A DNA stretch of 40,979 bases, from assembly GCA_039683525.1 (NCBI GenBank), contig JBDKRF010000323.1, positions 1 through 40,979 on the forward strand. The letters are read 5' to 3'. Position 1 is the first letter of the stretch. Each line of letters opens with the position of its first letter. This document shows positions 33,031-40,979 of this stretch, one piece after another. The notes beneath the pieces are model-generated. The model searched no databases, had not been told where the DNA came from, and was given only the letters and a program-made list of their open reading frames with translations. This stretch comes from Clostridiaceae bacterium. Its GTDB lineage: Bacteria; Bacillota; Clostridia; Christensenellales; CAG-138. A program made the translations under genes and the position numbers.

Positions 33031-35340
33031 TTATGCCGCCGTGCGCTTTTTGCCGCGGCGGGGCTTTGCGGTGCCATGATTGTATTCAAAGATCCAATCC
33101 TCCAAGAGCGTTTGAAATGCCTTGCTGGCGGTCAGCTCTTCCCAGTTGACAACGTTGTAGAGCGTCACGCCCGGCGTCGTCATGGGTTTGTTGGAGTTCT
33201 GCAGCACGATCTGAACGCCGGCGCGCGGCACGAGCGTAAGCGTGTCTGCTTTCTCGCTCATTCCCCGCAACAGGGCAAACTTGAAGTTGAAGTCGATCAA
33301 TGTGGCACTGACGCCCTCTTCAAAGCGGACAAACCGCTCCAGTTGAATCCGCGGCAGCGCGCGCATCTCCGAGCGCTGCTTTTCGAGGCGCTGGCTTGCG
33401 TTGTTGACCAGATCGTCAAACGCGGTCACCCAGATGTTCATCGACCTCGGTAGAGAGGGCTGTCTGTCATAGACCAGCTGGAGATACTCCCGCGTGTCCT
33501 GCTCCGTCATGCCCGGCACGAGCTTGACATGATAGAGCCACTGGTTGCCGGTGCTCGTAATATAGACGATATTCCCCTTTACGCTCGCGCTGTAATGTTC
33601 GCTCGTGAGCGTAAACTCCAGCGGTTCGTCGTCCGGCAGGTAGGCCGGGTGCTCCATCGTAAAGAGAAAACCGCCTTCGGAGATATTCTTGGTCTTTGCC
33701 GTAAAGAGCTTGCCCTTGTAGCAGAGGCTGAGCGGAATCTCCGCCTCAAAGCGCTCGCTTGCGCGGTAGGCCTTACGACCCATCATGAAATACACCGCGT
33801 ACAGCAGGTTTGTGATGTTCAAAAGCAACCAGAAAGCGATAAAGCTGCTAAAGAGCAGCGACATGCCGTATTTGCCGCCCAGATAACGGATCAGGCCCGC
33901 AATCGACATGCCCAGCATGATCAACTGCGGAATGATGTATACGAGGTTAGAGCTCTGGGGTTTGCTGGTGCTCTTGTCGGTAACCTTAAACTTGAGCTGC
34001 TTGATGCCAAGGGTCTCGAGCAGAACGGGGATCACCATAAACGGAGCGAGGATGGTGTCGATGATCTGGTTCCAGCGCTGGTTTCTCGTGTCGCTGGAAA
34101 GCGAGCGGACCGCAAGCGTATAGAAGATATACTGCGGACCCCAGATCGCGAGGATCTCCCAGAACGACGTATTGACGACCTGCAGGTCAAACAGTGCAAA
34201 CATGATCGGCGCGAACGTAAACACAAGCCTGCGTCCGAACGACCACCAGTAGGAATATGACAGCATGTAGCTGATGCGCGCGCTGAGCGATAACCCCTTG
34301 TTCGTGACCATCTTTGTGTTGCGCACGGATTGAATCACGCCGCGCGCCCAACGCACACGCTGGGTCACCATGCTCTTGATGCTGGTCGGCGCAAGTCCGC
34401 TTGCAAGCGGTTGGAGCGTGGAATAGGTGGTATATCCCCTCGACTGGATCTTGATGCCGGTTTCAAAGTCCTCGGTGATCGTGTCCGTCGGGAAACCGCC
34501 AATCTCCTCCAGCGCCTGCCGCGAAATGACCGTGTTGCTGCCCGTATAGGCTACGGCGTTGGTGCTGTTACGCATCACGTTGATCTCTCGTGAGAAGAAA
34601 TCCTGCTCGTTGGGGATATTCCGCTCTGCATACAGGTTAAACTGAAACAGGTCGGGGTTATAAAAGCTCTGCGGCGTCTGAATAAAGCCGATCTTATACT
34701 CCGGGTCGACCTCGTCGGAATTGCGCATTCTCCAGGTGCCGTCTTTGTGCAGCATCCGCGGGAGGAAGAAATACGGAACCGTCTTCATCAAGAACTCACG
34801 CCGCGCGATCATATCCGCGTCAAACGTCGCAACCAGCGGTGAGCCGGTCTGGCGCAGGGCGTTGTTCAGGTTTCCGCTCTTTGCTTCTTTATTATTAGCC
34901 AGCGGAAAATAACCGACACCAAACTGCTCCGCAAGCTTTGCCATCGCGGGGCGGTTGCCATCGTCCGCAATGTAGATATGCACCTTGCTCTTGTCGGGAT
35001 AGTCCATATAGGTCAACGCGTTTACGGTTTTATACAGCAGCTCGACCGGCTCGTTGTGCGTCGCGACGATAACGTCAACATCCGGATACCAGCTGCTCGG
35101 TATCTCCGGCAACGTTAGGTCTACTTTATTGGAGCGGTTCTTTCTATAATATAGTTCAAACGTGCCCAGTGCTGACGTAAGTTCGCTAACCAGCAGCATG
35201 ATGCCGAAGATCAGCGCGATGACTCCGTTTTTCAGCGGCAAAGTAAACACCGCGCGCCACACCAGATAAATCACGGATGTGATCGTCGCGAGTAAGAACA
35301 TCGTATTCTGAAATCGTTTATTTTGAAACAGTTTTCCCAT
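33031..35340 (-). CDS. BcsA-like processive family-2 glycosyltransferase with a C-terminal PilZ (c-di-GMP-binding) domain
   Basis: GT2 motifs are VATFDADM (D-x-D), ITEDFETG (TED) and QRVRWARG (QxxRW), and several TMs flank the GT domain. PilZ motifs are RKAYRASERF (RxxxR) and NISEGGF (D/NxSxxG). Confidence 0.8.
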   Translation of the reverse strand: MGKLFQNKRFQNTMFLLATITSVIYLVWRAVFTLPLKNGVIALIFGIMLLVSELTSALGTFELYYRKNRSNKVDLTLPEIPSSWYPDVDVIVATHNEPVELLYKTVNALTYMDYPDKSKVHIYIADDGNRPAMAKLAEQFGVGYFPLANNKEAKSGNLNNALRQTGSPLVATFDADMIARREFLMKTVPYFFLPRMLHKDGTWRMRNSDEVDPEYKIGFIQTPQSFYNPDLFQFNLYAERNIPNEQDFFSREINVMRNSTNAVAYTGSNTVISRQALEEIGGFPTDTITEDFETGIKIQSRGYTTYSTLQPLASGLAPTSIKSMVTQRVRWARGVIQSVRNTKMVTNKGLSLSARISYMLSYSYWWSFGRRLVFTFAPIMFALFDLQVVNTSFWEILAIWGPQYIFYTLAVRSLSSDTRNQRWNQIIDTILAPFMVIPVLLETLGIKQLKFKVTDKSTSKPQSSNLVYIIPQLIMLGMSIAGLIRYLGGKYGMSLLFSSFIAFWLLLNITNLLYAVYFMMGRKAYRASERFEAEIPLSLCYKGKLFTAKTKNISEGGFLFTMEHPAYLPDDEPLEFTLTSEHYSASVKGNIVYITSTGNQWLYHVKLVPGMTEQDTREYLQLVYDRQPSLPRSMNIWVTAFDDLVNNASQRLEKQRSEMRALPRIQLERFVRFEEGVSATLIDFNFKFALLRGMSEKADTLTLVPRAGVQIVLQNSNKPMTTPGVTLYNVVNWEELTASKAFQTLLEDWIFEYNHGTAKPRRGKKRTAA

Positions 35341-35873
35341 TCTTGTTATCCTCCTGTTCCTTTGATGTCCTCCACTTGGCTACAACGTCACATTTTCCGT
35401 CACACGAAACTGCCTGTTTGACAATTGCGATTCGCATTGAATTGCAACTTCATTGTAGATTTTCTGGACAGGCGTGTCAACGTGCCTTTTTATATGGTTG
35501 TATATGCAAACTTCTGCGGTTTGTTTCGCGCATGCGGTTGTGAGCGCATATTTCTTTGGTTGATTGATCAACCGTTTCACAATCATACGCGGCGTTTACC
35601 GCTTCGCTGCGAGATCTTGCAAGCTTACACTTGGTAGCAAACGCAGATCATACGTATGGAATTCATCTTGTTGTTTATCATATCGCATTGTAATGCAGTT
35701 ATCTGTGATATAATTACACGCGTATGCTACTGTATATCGCTGTAATTCTTGCTCCGATAATCTGAGCTGGATTTGTCGGTTTTCGCCCCAATTATCACAC
35801 GCATCTCATGATTTCGTTGACTTTCATGTAATTCAGTATTATCCTTAAGTAGCACCATTCTAGTTTTACACGG

Positions 35874-35903
35874 TTGACTTTTGTTTCATTGTAACATTAT
35901 GAT
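35874..35903 (+). promoter_or_regulatory. Candidate sigma-A promoter for the PAS-HD-GYP gene
   Basis: TTGACT-N18-TATGAT lies about 65 nt upstream of the ATG at 35970. RBS GAGGAGG is at 35957-35963. Confidence 0.35.
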
Positions 35904-35969
35904 CGGTTTCTCTGAAACCGCGTACCTCGTCATGAAACACGTGTATGATCTGTTTCGAGGAGGCTGCCC

Positions 35970-37055
35970 ATGGCACCGAACATATTGATTCCCCCGGATG
36001 CGGCACTGGAAGCGACGATGGACAAACTGTCCGTCCAGATCTGGCAGATGTCCTATTCCTGCACCTATGGCCACGTCAACGCAGCGCACGCGGCGTTTCT
36101 GGGCAAAACACGCGCGCAGATTGAGCAACAGCCAATCGAGAGCGTGCTCCCTGCTTCAGATGCAGCCACGGCCATCATGCAAACCCGCAATACGTTTGAA
36201 GCGCGCCAACCTGTCGAGAGCGAGCAATGGCGCGTGGACGCTGCGGGCAAACGAAGGCTATTGCAAATCTATATGGCGCCGGTGATGGATAACGCAGGCA
36301 AAATACTCTTCTTAAGCTGTTCGGCGCATGATATCACCGAGCAAAAAGAGTCCGCAATCGCATTGCAGCGTTGTCAGGAGTCGATGGAGGAGCAGATATC
36401 CACAAAGGTGAGCGAGGCGGTCGACGACATCTGGGGTACGGTCAGCTCGCTTGTGCATCAGGCGGAGACGCAGGATGACAAAGCCAGCGCGCATCTCAAG
36501 CGCCTCGCGGAATCCTGCCGCGTGGTGGCCAGCGTGCTTTCCTTCAACAGCATCTACAGCCATAGCCTGAACTATGATTTCATCTTCAAGCTGCAGCAGG
36601 CATGCCTCTTTCACGATATCGGCAAGGTCGAAATTCCAGAAAGTATTCTTCTCAAGCCCGGCAAGCTCACACGCGAAGAGTTTGAGGAGATCAAGAAGCA
36701 TACGATCAATGGAGCCGCGGCGCTGGAGCGCGCGTATCCGCGCCTGCCCAAGAGCAGTATCTTCCAGATGGCGATCGATATCGCGCTGTCGCATCACGAG
36801 CGCTGGGACGGAAAAGGATACCCGAGCGGGCTCAAGGGAGACGAAATCCCGCTCTCCGCGCAGATCGTTGCCATCTGCGACGTCTACGACGCGCTGCGCA
36901 GTGAGCGCCCTTATAAGCCCGCGCTGTCTCACGAAGAGAGCATGCTGGAGCTGCGCAAGGAGCGCGGCACGCAGTTTAACCCCGTGTTGTGCGACGCGTT
37001 CTTCCATTGCGCCGAAGAGATTCGTCATATCTTCGACGGAAAAGCGACCGCCTGA
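35970..37055 (+). CDS. PAS-domain HD-GYP c-di-GMP phosphodiesterase
   Basis: The N-terminal roughly 120 aa are PAS-like. The HD-GYP part includes FHDIGKVEIP, KKHT, HHERWDGKGYPSGL and DVYDAL. Confidence 0.8.
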   Translation: MAPNILIPPDAALEATMDKLSVQIWQMSYSCTYGHVNAAHAAFLGKTRAQIEQQPIESVLPASDAATAIMQTRNTFEARQPVESEQWRVDAAGKRRLLQIYMAPVMDNAGKILFLSCSAHDITEQKESAIALQRCQESMEEQISTKVSEAVDDIWGTVSSLVHQAETQDDKASAHLKRLAESCRVVASVLSFNSIYSHSLNYDFIFKLQQACLFHDIGKVEIPESILLKPGKLTREEFEEIKKHTINGAAALERAYPRLPKSSIFQMAIDIALSHHERWDGKGYPSGLKGDEIPLSAQIVAICDVYDALRSERPYKPALSHEESMLELRKERGTQFNPVLCDAFFHCAEEIRHIFDGKATA

Positions 37056-37082
37056 CGCAGACAGACTCGAAAAACAAAAACG

Positions 37083-37111
37083 CAGCCGCCGGACGATCCG
37101 GCGGCTGTTTT
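37083..37111. terminator. Bidirectional rho-independent terminator between convergent genes
   Basis: An 11-bp perfect stem cagccgccgga / tccggcggctg with loop cga. It is flanked by an A-run upstream and TTTT downstream. Confidence 0.85.
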
Positions 37112-37123
37112 CGTGATTACCCT

Positions 37124-37816
37124 CTAGTCTCCAAGAAGCTTGTTCTTCATGACTCCTATCATCTTTCCGTTGAAGAGATCGGTGTAGCGCACATAGAGCG
37201 CAACGCGGTTTTGCTCGTCCAACGCGCGCCAGATTTCGTCCGCAAGCTCCTGCACCGTACCGGAAATCGCGACTTCGCGCGGTTCCCCATCAAACGGAGG
37301 CAGCGGATCGCCGTCACGCTGATAGGTGTGAATCAGGTGCGCTGTCCCTTCCTTCGGGTCATAGCTCCAGTACTTTCGTCTGCAATCCGGAGAATCCTCC
37401 ACCTTTTTTACAATACCGAGCGTATAGCGCCCGGTCGGAAGCAAAAGTCCCGCAATGCGCGGGGTATAGTTTGGCGCATCCGGCTCATAGCAGCGCGTAC
37501 TCATCGCATACTGAAACGAATGCCCGCCGATAAGGCTATCGCAGATCGTCTCCGTTTGGTCGCCGTTGGTCACCACGATGCTGTCCTTGCAGACCCGAAT
37601 CGGCGTGTAGAGGATCAGCTTCGGGTCGGTGACCTTACTTGGATCGTAGGGTACGATCGTGAGTGCATCGTCCTCTTCGCGAAACACGCGGTTTCTGCTG
37701 TTTTCGCTGCGCCCCATGAGAAAATAGGCAATCACCGCCTGGCCGCCAAGACTGCCCATCAGAATACCCCGTCCGGGGTATGCATGTTCGGTTAATACCG
37801 ATGCTATCGAGACCAT
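37124..37816 (-). CDS. purO: PurO-type (archaeal-type) IMP cyclohydrolase family protein
   Basis: YPGRGILMGS..AVIAYFLMGRSENSRNR, IVVTNGDQTETI and YEPDAPNYTPRIAG align with my remembered Methanocaldococcus PurO segments YLGRILAVGR..FVAYRVSSRSFPNR, VVSNGSHTDTI and YEKDELNTPRIAA. Confidence 0.7.
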   Translation of the reverse strand: MVSIASVLTEHAYPGRGILMGSLGGQAVIAYFLMGRSENSRNRVFREEDDALTIVPYDPSKVTDPKLILYTPIRVCKDSIVVTNGDQTETICDSLIGGHSFQYAMSTRCYEPDAPNYTPRIAGLLLPTGRYTLGIVKKVEDSPDCRRKYWSYDPKEGTAHLIHTYQRDGDPLPPFDGEPREVAISGTVQELADEIWRALDEQNRVALYVRYTDLFNGKMIGVMKNKLLGD

Positions 37817-37817
37817 A

Positions 37818-38633
37818 TTAGCCTCCTATCGAAATTGGTTCAAATTCCTTTCCGTTGAATTGCCAAACTTCCGTAAACCCGCAGGCGAGCGCAAGCGCTT
37901 CCGCCTCCGCAAACTGGAAGTTCACGTCCTGTGCGCGGTGCGCGTCCGCGCTGATGGTGATCTTCCCGCAACGGGCGGAAATCTCCCCAAGGAGCGCGCG
38001 GGAAGGATACGGGGTCGTGCGATAGCCGCGCGAAATCGCGCCCGTGTTGATCTCGAAGATCTTATCGTGTGCAATCAGCGCGTCGATGGCGGCAATCGCC
38101 GCCTCGCGAAAGCGCGCAGAATCAGGATCAAAAAAGGCACGCTGCTCGTCAAACTTTGTGAGCAGATCGATATGGCCGACGATATCGACCTCTTCCACCT
38201 TCGAAAGCGCTTCATACTGGCAAAAATAGGCTTCCGCTGCCGCGTCGGCGCTGCCGCCAAAGACGCCGAGATACTGCTGAGTCTCTTCCGGGTTGCTATC
38301 CACGCCATAGAGCATGTTGTTGCGCGGAATATGGTGAATCGAACCGATCACATAATCAAACCCCAGCGCGTGTTCTGCCGAGTATAAGTCCCACTCCGCA
38401 CCGCAATAGATGTCGATTCGCCCGCGATACGCTTCTTTGAGCCGGCGCACCTCTGCGATGTAATCTGGCATACGTCCGGCTGGAATCGTCCAGCATGCTT
38501 CGTATGGCATAGGCGTATGTACGCTGAATCCCAGCGAGGTCAACCCTGCCGCAATCACGGCTAGCGTCATCTCTTCAAGCGTGTTTTGTCCGTCGTCAAA
38601 AGTGCTGTGCGTGTGCAGATTTTGCTTGATCAT
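37818..38633 (-). CDS. hisK: Histidinol-phosphatase, PHP family
   Basis: The metal-binding N-terminus [11 protein letters not shown] is PHP-type. Also IGSIHH, VGHIDL and ISADAH. It sits in his operon context. Confidence 0.8.
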   Translation of the reverse strand: MIKQNLHTHSTFDDGQNTLEEMTLAVIAAGLTSLGFSVHTPMPYEACWTIPAGRMPDYIAEVRRLKEAYRGRIDIYCGAEWDLYSAEHALGFDYVIGSIHHIPRNNMLYGVDSNPEETQQYLGVFGGSADAAAEAYFCQYEALSKVEEVDIVGHIDLLTKFDEQRAFFDPDSARFREAAIAAIDALIAHDKIFEINTGAISRGYRTTPYPSRALLGEISARCGKITISADAHRAQDVNFQFAEAEALALACGFTEVWQFNGKEFEPISIGG

Positions 38634-39286
38634 TCAACCATTTTCTCCTGCTTAACCTTGCGGTCGATCACGTGGCGGGAGGCCATCTCGCGCCGGATGT
38701 CGTCCATTTCAATGCCGGACTCGATCATGAGTACCATACAATGATACATCAAATCTCCGATTTCATAAACCGTATTGGCTTTGTCGCGGTCTTTTGCCGC
38801 GAGGATGACCTCCGTGGTCTCCTCACCGACCTTCTTGAGAATCTTATCGAGCCCCTTTTCAAACAAATAGGTCGTGTAGGAGCCCTCTTTGGGATTCTGC
38901 TTTCTGCCGCGCAGCATCTCAAACAAATCCTCATACCGGAATCCCGGCATGGCCTCGCCTTCAAAGACCGGCTGAAAAAAGCAGCTCTCAGCTCCCGTGT
39001 GGCACGCGGGCCCGCTCTTTCTCACCTCGACAAGCAGGGTGTCCGCGTCGCAGTCCGCCGTGATGGAGACAATCTGCTGCACGTTTCCGCTCGTCTCACC
39101 CTTGCGCCAAAGCTCCTTGCGTGAGCGCGACCAGAAGCACGTGCGCCCTTCCTCCATCGAAACGCGCAGGCTCTCCGCGTTCATATACGCCATCATGAGC
39201 ACCTGCTTGGTGTCCGTATCGATGATGATCGCGGGGATCAGCCCGTCTGAATTAAACTTCAATTCATCCACATTCAACATGCTCAA
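38630..39286 (-). CDS. hisI: Bifunctional phosphoribosyl-AMP cyclohydrolase / phosphoribosyl-ATP pyrophosphatase
   Basis: The HisI part includes [26 protein letters not shown] and DCDADTLL. The HisE part includes [17 protein letters not shown] and EIGDLMYH. Confidence 0.9.
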   Translation of the reverse strand: MSMLNVDELKFNSDGLIPAIIIDTDTKQVLMMAYMNAESLRVSMEEGRTCFWSRSRKELWRKGETSGNVQQIVSITADCDADTLLVEVRKSGPACHTGAESCFFQPVFEGEAMPGFRYEDLFEMLRGRKQNPKEGSYTTYLFEKGLDKILKKVGEETTEVILAAKDRDKANTVYEIGDLMYHCMVLMIESGIEMDDIRREMASRHVIDRKVKQEKMVE

Positions 39287-40044
39287 ACCCTCCGCATCGG
39301 TATGCCCGCCTCATGCAGCGACTGCTTGAGATCGGGTATCTGCACCTCGCCAAAGTGGAAGATCGAGGCGGCAAGCCCCGCGTCCACCTTGGGAAGCGCG
39401 GTAAACAACGTCACAAAATCCTGAATTCCGCCCGCGCCGCCGGACGCGATCACGGGAACGCTGACCAGCTCGCACACGGCCGAGAGCATCGGTAGATCAA
39501 ACCCCTGCTTCACGCCGTCGGTGTCGATGGAGTTTAATACGATCTCGCCCGCGCCGACATCCACGCCGCGCACAATCCAATCCAGCGCATCGAGGCCTGT
39601 GTCCTCTCTGCCGCCCTTGGCAAACACGCGAAACTGCCCGTTAACCCTTTTTACGTCCACCGAGAGCACCACGCACTGATTGCCGTAACGCTTTGCGGCC
39701 TCGTTGATCAACGCGGGATTCTTGATCGCGCCGCTGTTGACGCTGACCTTGTCCGCGCCGCACTTGAGCACGCGGTCGAAGTCGCTCACCGTGTTGATGC
39801 CGCCGCCGACCGTGAGCGGAATGAAGATCGTCTCCGCGACCCGAGTAAGGATATCGGTAAAGAGCGCTCTACCTTCCGCACTCGCGGTGATGTCGTAAAA
39901 CACCAGCTCGTCCGCGCCGTTATCGCTGTAATACTGTCCGAGTTTTACGGGATCAGACACGTCGTTGAGTCCAAGAAAGTTGACGCCTTTGACTACTCTC
40001 CCATCCTTGACGTCAAGGCAGGGGATAATGCGCTTGGTGATCAT
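39283..40044 (-). CDS. hisF: Imidazole glycerol phosphate synthase, cyclase subunit
   Basis: Motifs [47 protein letters not shown] and IASGGAG. Confidence 0.92.
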   Translation of the reverse strand: MITKRIIPCLDVKDGRVVKGVNFLGLNDVSDPVKLGQYYSDNGADELVFYDITASAEGRALFTDILTRVAETIFIPLTVGGGINTVSDFDRVLKCGADKVSVNSGAIKNPALINEAAKRYGNQCVVLSVDVKRVNGQFRVFAKGGREDTGLDALDWIVRGVDVGAGEIVLNSIDTDGVKQGFDLPMLSAVCELVSVPVIASGGAGGIQDFVTLFTALPKVDAGLAASIFHFGEVQIPDLKQSLHEAGIPMRRV

Positions 40045-40757
40045 GCGTTTGCCTCCGATATCGCTTCCGCGAGTTTGATGGCTCCCGTATAGTACGCCTT
40101 CCCGATGATGGCTCCGTAAAGATGCAGCTCTTTGAGCGCGCGAACGTCTTCCAGCGAGCTGACCCCGCCGGAGGCGATGAAGCGCATCCTGCTCGTCTCC
40201 ATCAGGTCACGATAGAGCCTGCGGTTTGCGCCTGCCATCGCGCCGTCTCTGGAGATATCCGTGCAGATCACCGTTTTGACTCCGATCTCCTCGAGGCTCT
40301 TACAGTAGTCCAAACCGGATAGACCAGTGGTCTCCGTCCAGCCCTTGACCGCGACCATGCCGTCTCTCAGGTCAACGCCCACCGCGATGGCGGAGCCGTA
40401 CTTCGCGACCATATCGGCGACGAAGTTAATGTTGCTCGCGGCTGCCGTGCCGAGGATCACGCGGTTAACCCCCGCGTCGAGATAGCGAAGCACGGTCTCC
40501 TCGTCCCGGATGCCGCCGCCGAGCTCGACCGCGAGCCCGCTCGTGCGGATGATCTTCGCCGCGATGTCGTAATTCGGCGTTCCGCCGCACCTTGCGCCTT
40601 CCAGATCCACCATATGGAGCCACTCCGCGCCCGCCTCGCGAAACTCCTGTGCGAGCTTCGGCGGGTCTTCGCTGTAGACGGTCATCTTTGCATAGTCACC
40701 CTTGTAGAGGCGCACCGCCTTCTTTTCGTATAGATCGATTGCCGGTAATATGATCAT
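40041..40757 (-). CDS. hisA: ProFAR isomerase
   Basis: Motifs MIILPAIDL..KAVRLYKGDY, LHMVDLEGA, ELGGGIR and IASGGVSSLEDV. Confidence 0.9.
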   Translation of the reverse strand: MIILPAIDLYEKKAVRLYKGDYAKMTVYSEDPPKLAQEFREAGAEWLHMVDLEGARCGGTPNYDIAAKIIRTSGLAVELGGGIRDEETVLRYLDAGVNRVILGTAAASNINFVADMVAKYGSAIAVGVDLRDGMVAVKGWTETTGLSGLDYCKSLEEIGVKTVICTDISRDGAMAGANRRLYRDLMETSRMRFIASGGVSSLEDVRALKELHLYGAIIGKAYYTGAIKLAEAISEANA

Positions 40758-40798
40758 CTATCGTTCATTCCTAACTGTACCCTTGTTTTCATTTTGGT

Positions 40799-40979
40799 TT
40801 ATGTCTGCTCGCAGAACGCGCGGAGGATGCCTAAGCCCACCTTTCCACTCTTCTCCGGGTGGAACTGGCAGCCCATCACGTTTCCGCTCGCAACAGCCGC
40901 GGTTAAGTCCGCGCCATATTCCGCAGTGGCGATGGTTGCTTCTTCGCAGTTTGCCGCATAGTAGCTATGCACGAAGTAG
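40799..40979 (-). CDS. hisH: Imidazole glycerol phosphate synthase, glutaminase subunit, 3' end only (runs off the window)
   Basis: My manual reverse translation ends ...CQFHPEKSGKVGLGILRAFCEQT-stop, with TAA at 40799-40801. QFHPEKS is the conserved HisH C-terminal motif. The ORF is absent from the track because the start lies outside the window. Confidence 0.75.
   Translation of the reverse strand, partial: YFVHSYYAANCEEATIATAEYGADLTAAVASGNVMGCQFHPEKSGKVGLGILRAFCEQT

Noticed and set aside
35341-35969. A c-di-GMP riboswitch (GEMM-I/II) in the long leader of the GT2-PilZ or HD-GYP genes.
   Set aside because: I saw no match on either strand to the conserved GEMM-I cores (GGCAAACC and ACGCAAAGC-type segments). 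An Rfam scan would be decisive.

Overview
The window looks like a high-GC Firmicutes (Clostridia-like) chromosome; the taxon is inferred from gene content and composition only. It splits into four blocks.
(1) 1-2312, plus strand: a 5'-partial arylsulfotransferase-family gene and a DUF4352-like lipoprotein gene, ending in a clean terminator.
(2) 2453-21809, all minus strand: a compositionally distinct island. My spot counts of 60-nt lines gave about 40-55% GC here, against about 62% in the neighbouring aro genes. It holds 17 genes. Eleven encode membrane proteins whose cytoplasmic end carries one or two Cys4 zinc ribbons, most matching the RanBP2-type pattern W-x-C-x2-C-x3-N-x4/6-C-x2-C. Each ribbon is attached to a different extracytoplasmic or polytopic module. 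These genes surround a cytoplasmic core of a vWA protein, a PP2C phosphatase and a Ser/Thr kinase (TerY-P-triad-like). The island also has a second vWA paralog, a membrane-anchored trypsin-like protease, an EssC/EccC N-terminal-like module with no ATPase domains, and a LytTR regulator lacking the phospho-acceptor Asp. I see no integrase, transposase or tRNA. This island is the best candidate for an undescribed system.
(3) 22438-30632, minus strand: a complete aromatic amino acid supraoperon, aroF-tyrA-aroB-aroA-aroC-pheA-aroE/aroK fusion-aroQ. Its leader contains a Tyr/Phe-rich upstream ORF and an intrinsic terminator 22 nt before aroF.
(4) 30998-40979: a polytopic membrane protein, a BcsA-like GT2-PilZ synthase, a divergent PAS-HD-GYP phosphodiesterase, and the distal his operon (hisH partial, hisA, hisF, hisIE, PHP histidinol phosphatase) ending with a PurO-type IMP cyclohydrolase.
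All calls rest on motif reading of the supplied translations and manual inspection of the DNA. No database search was run.
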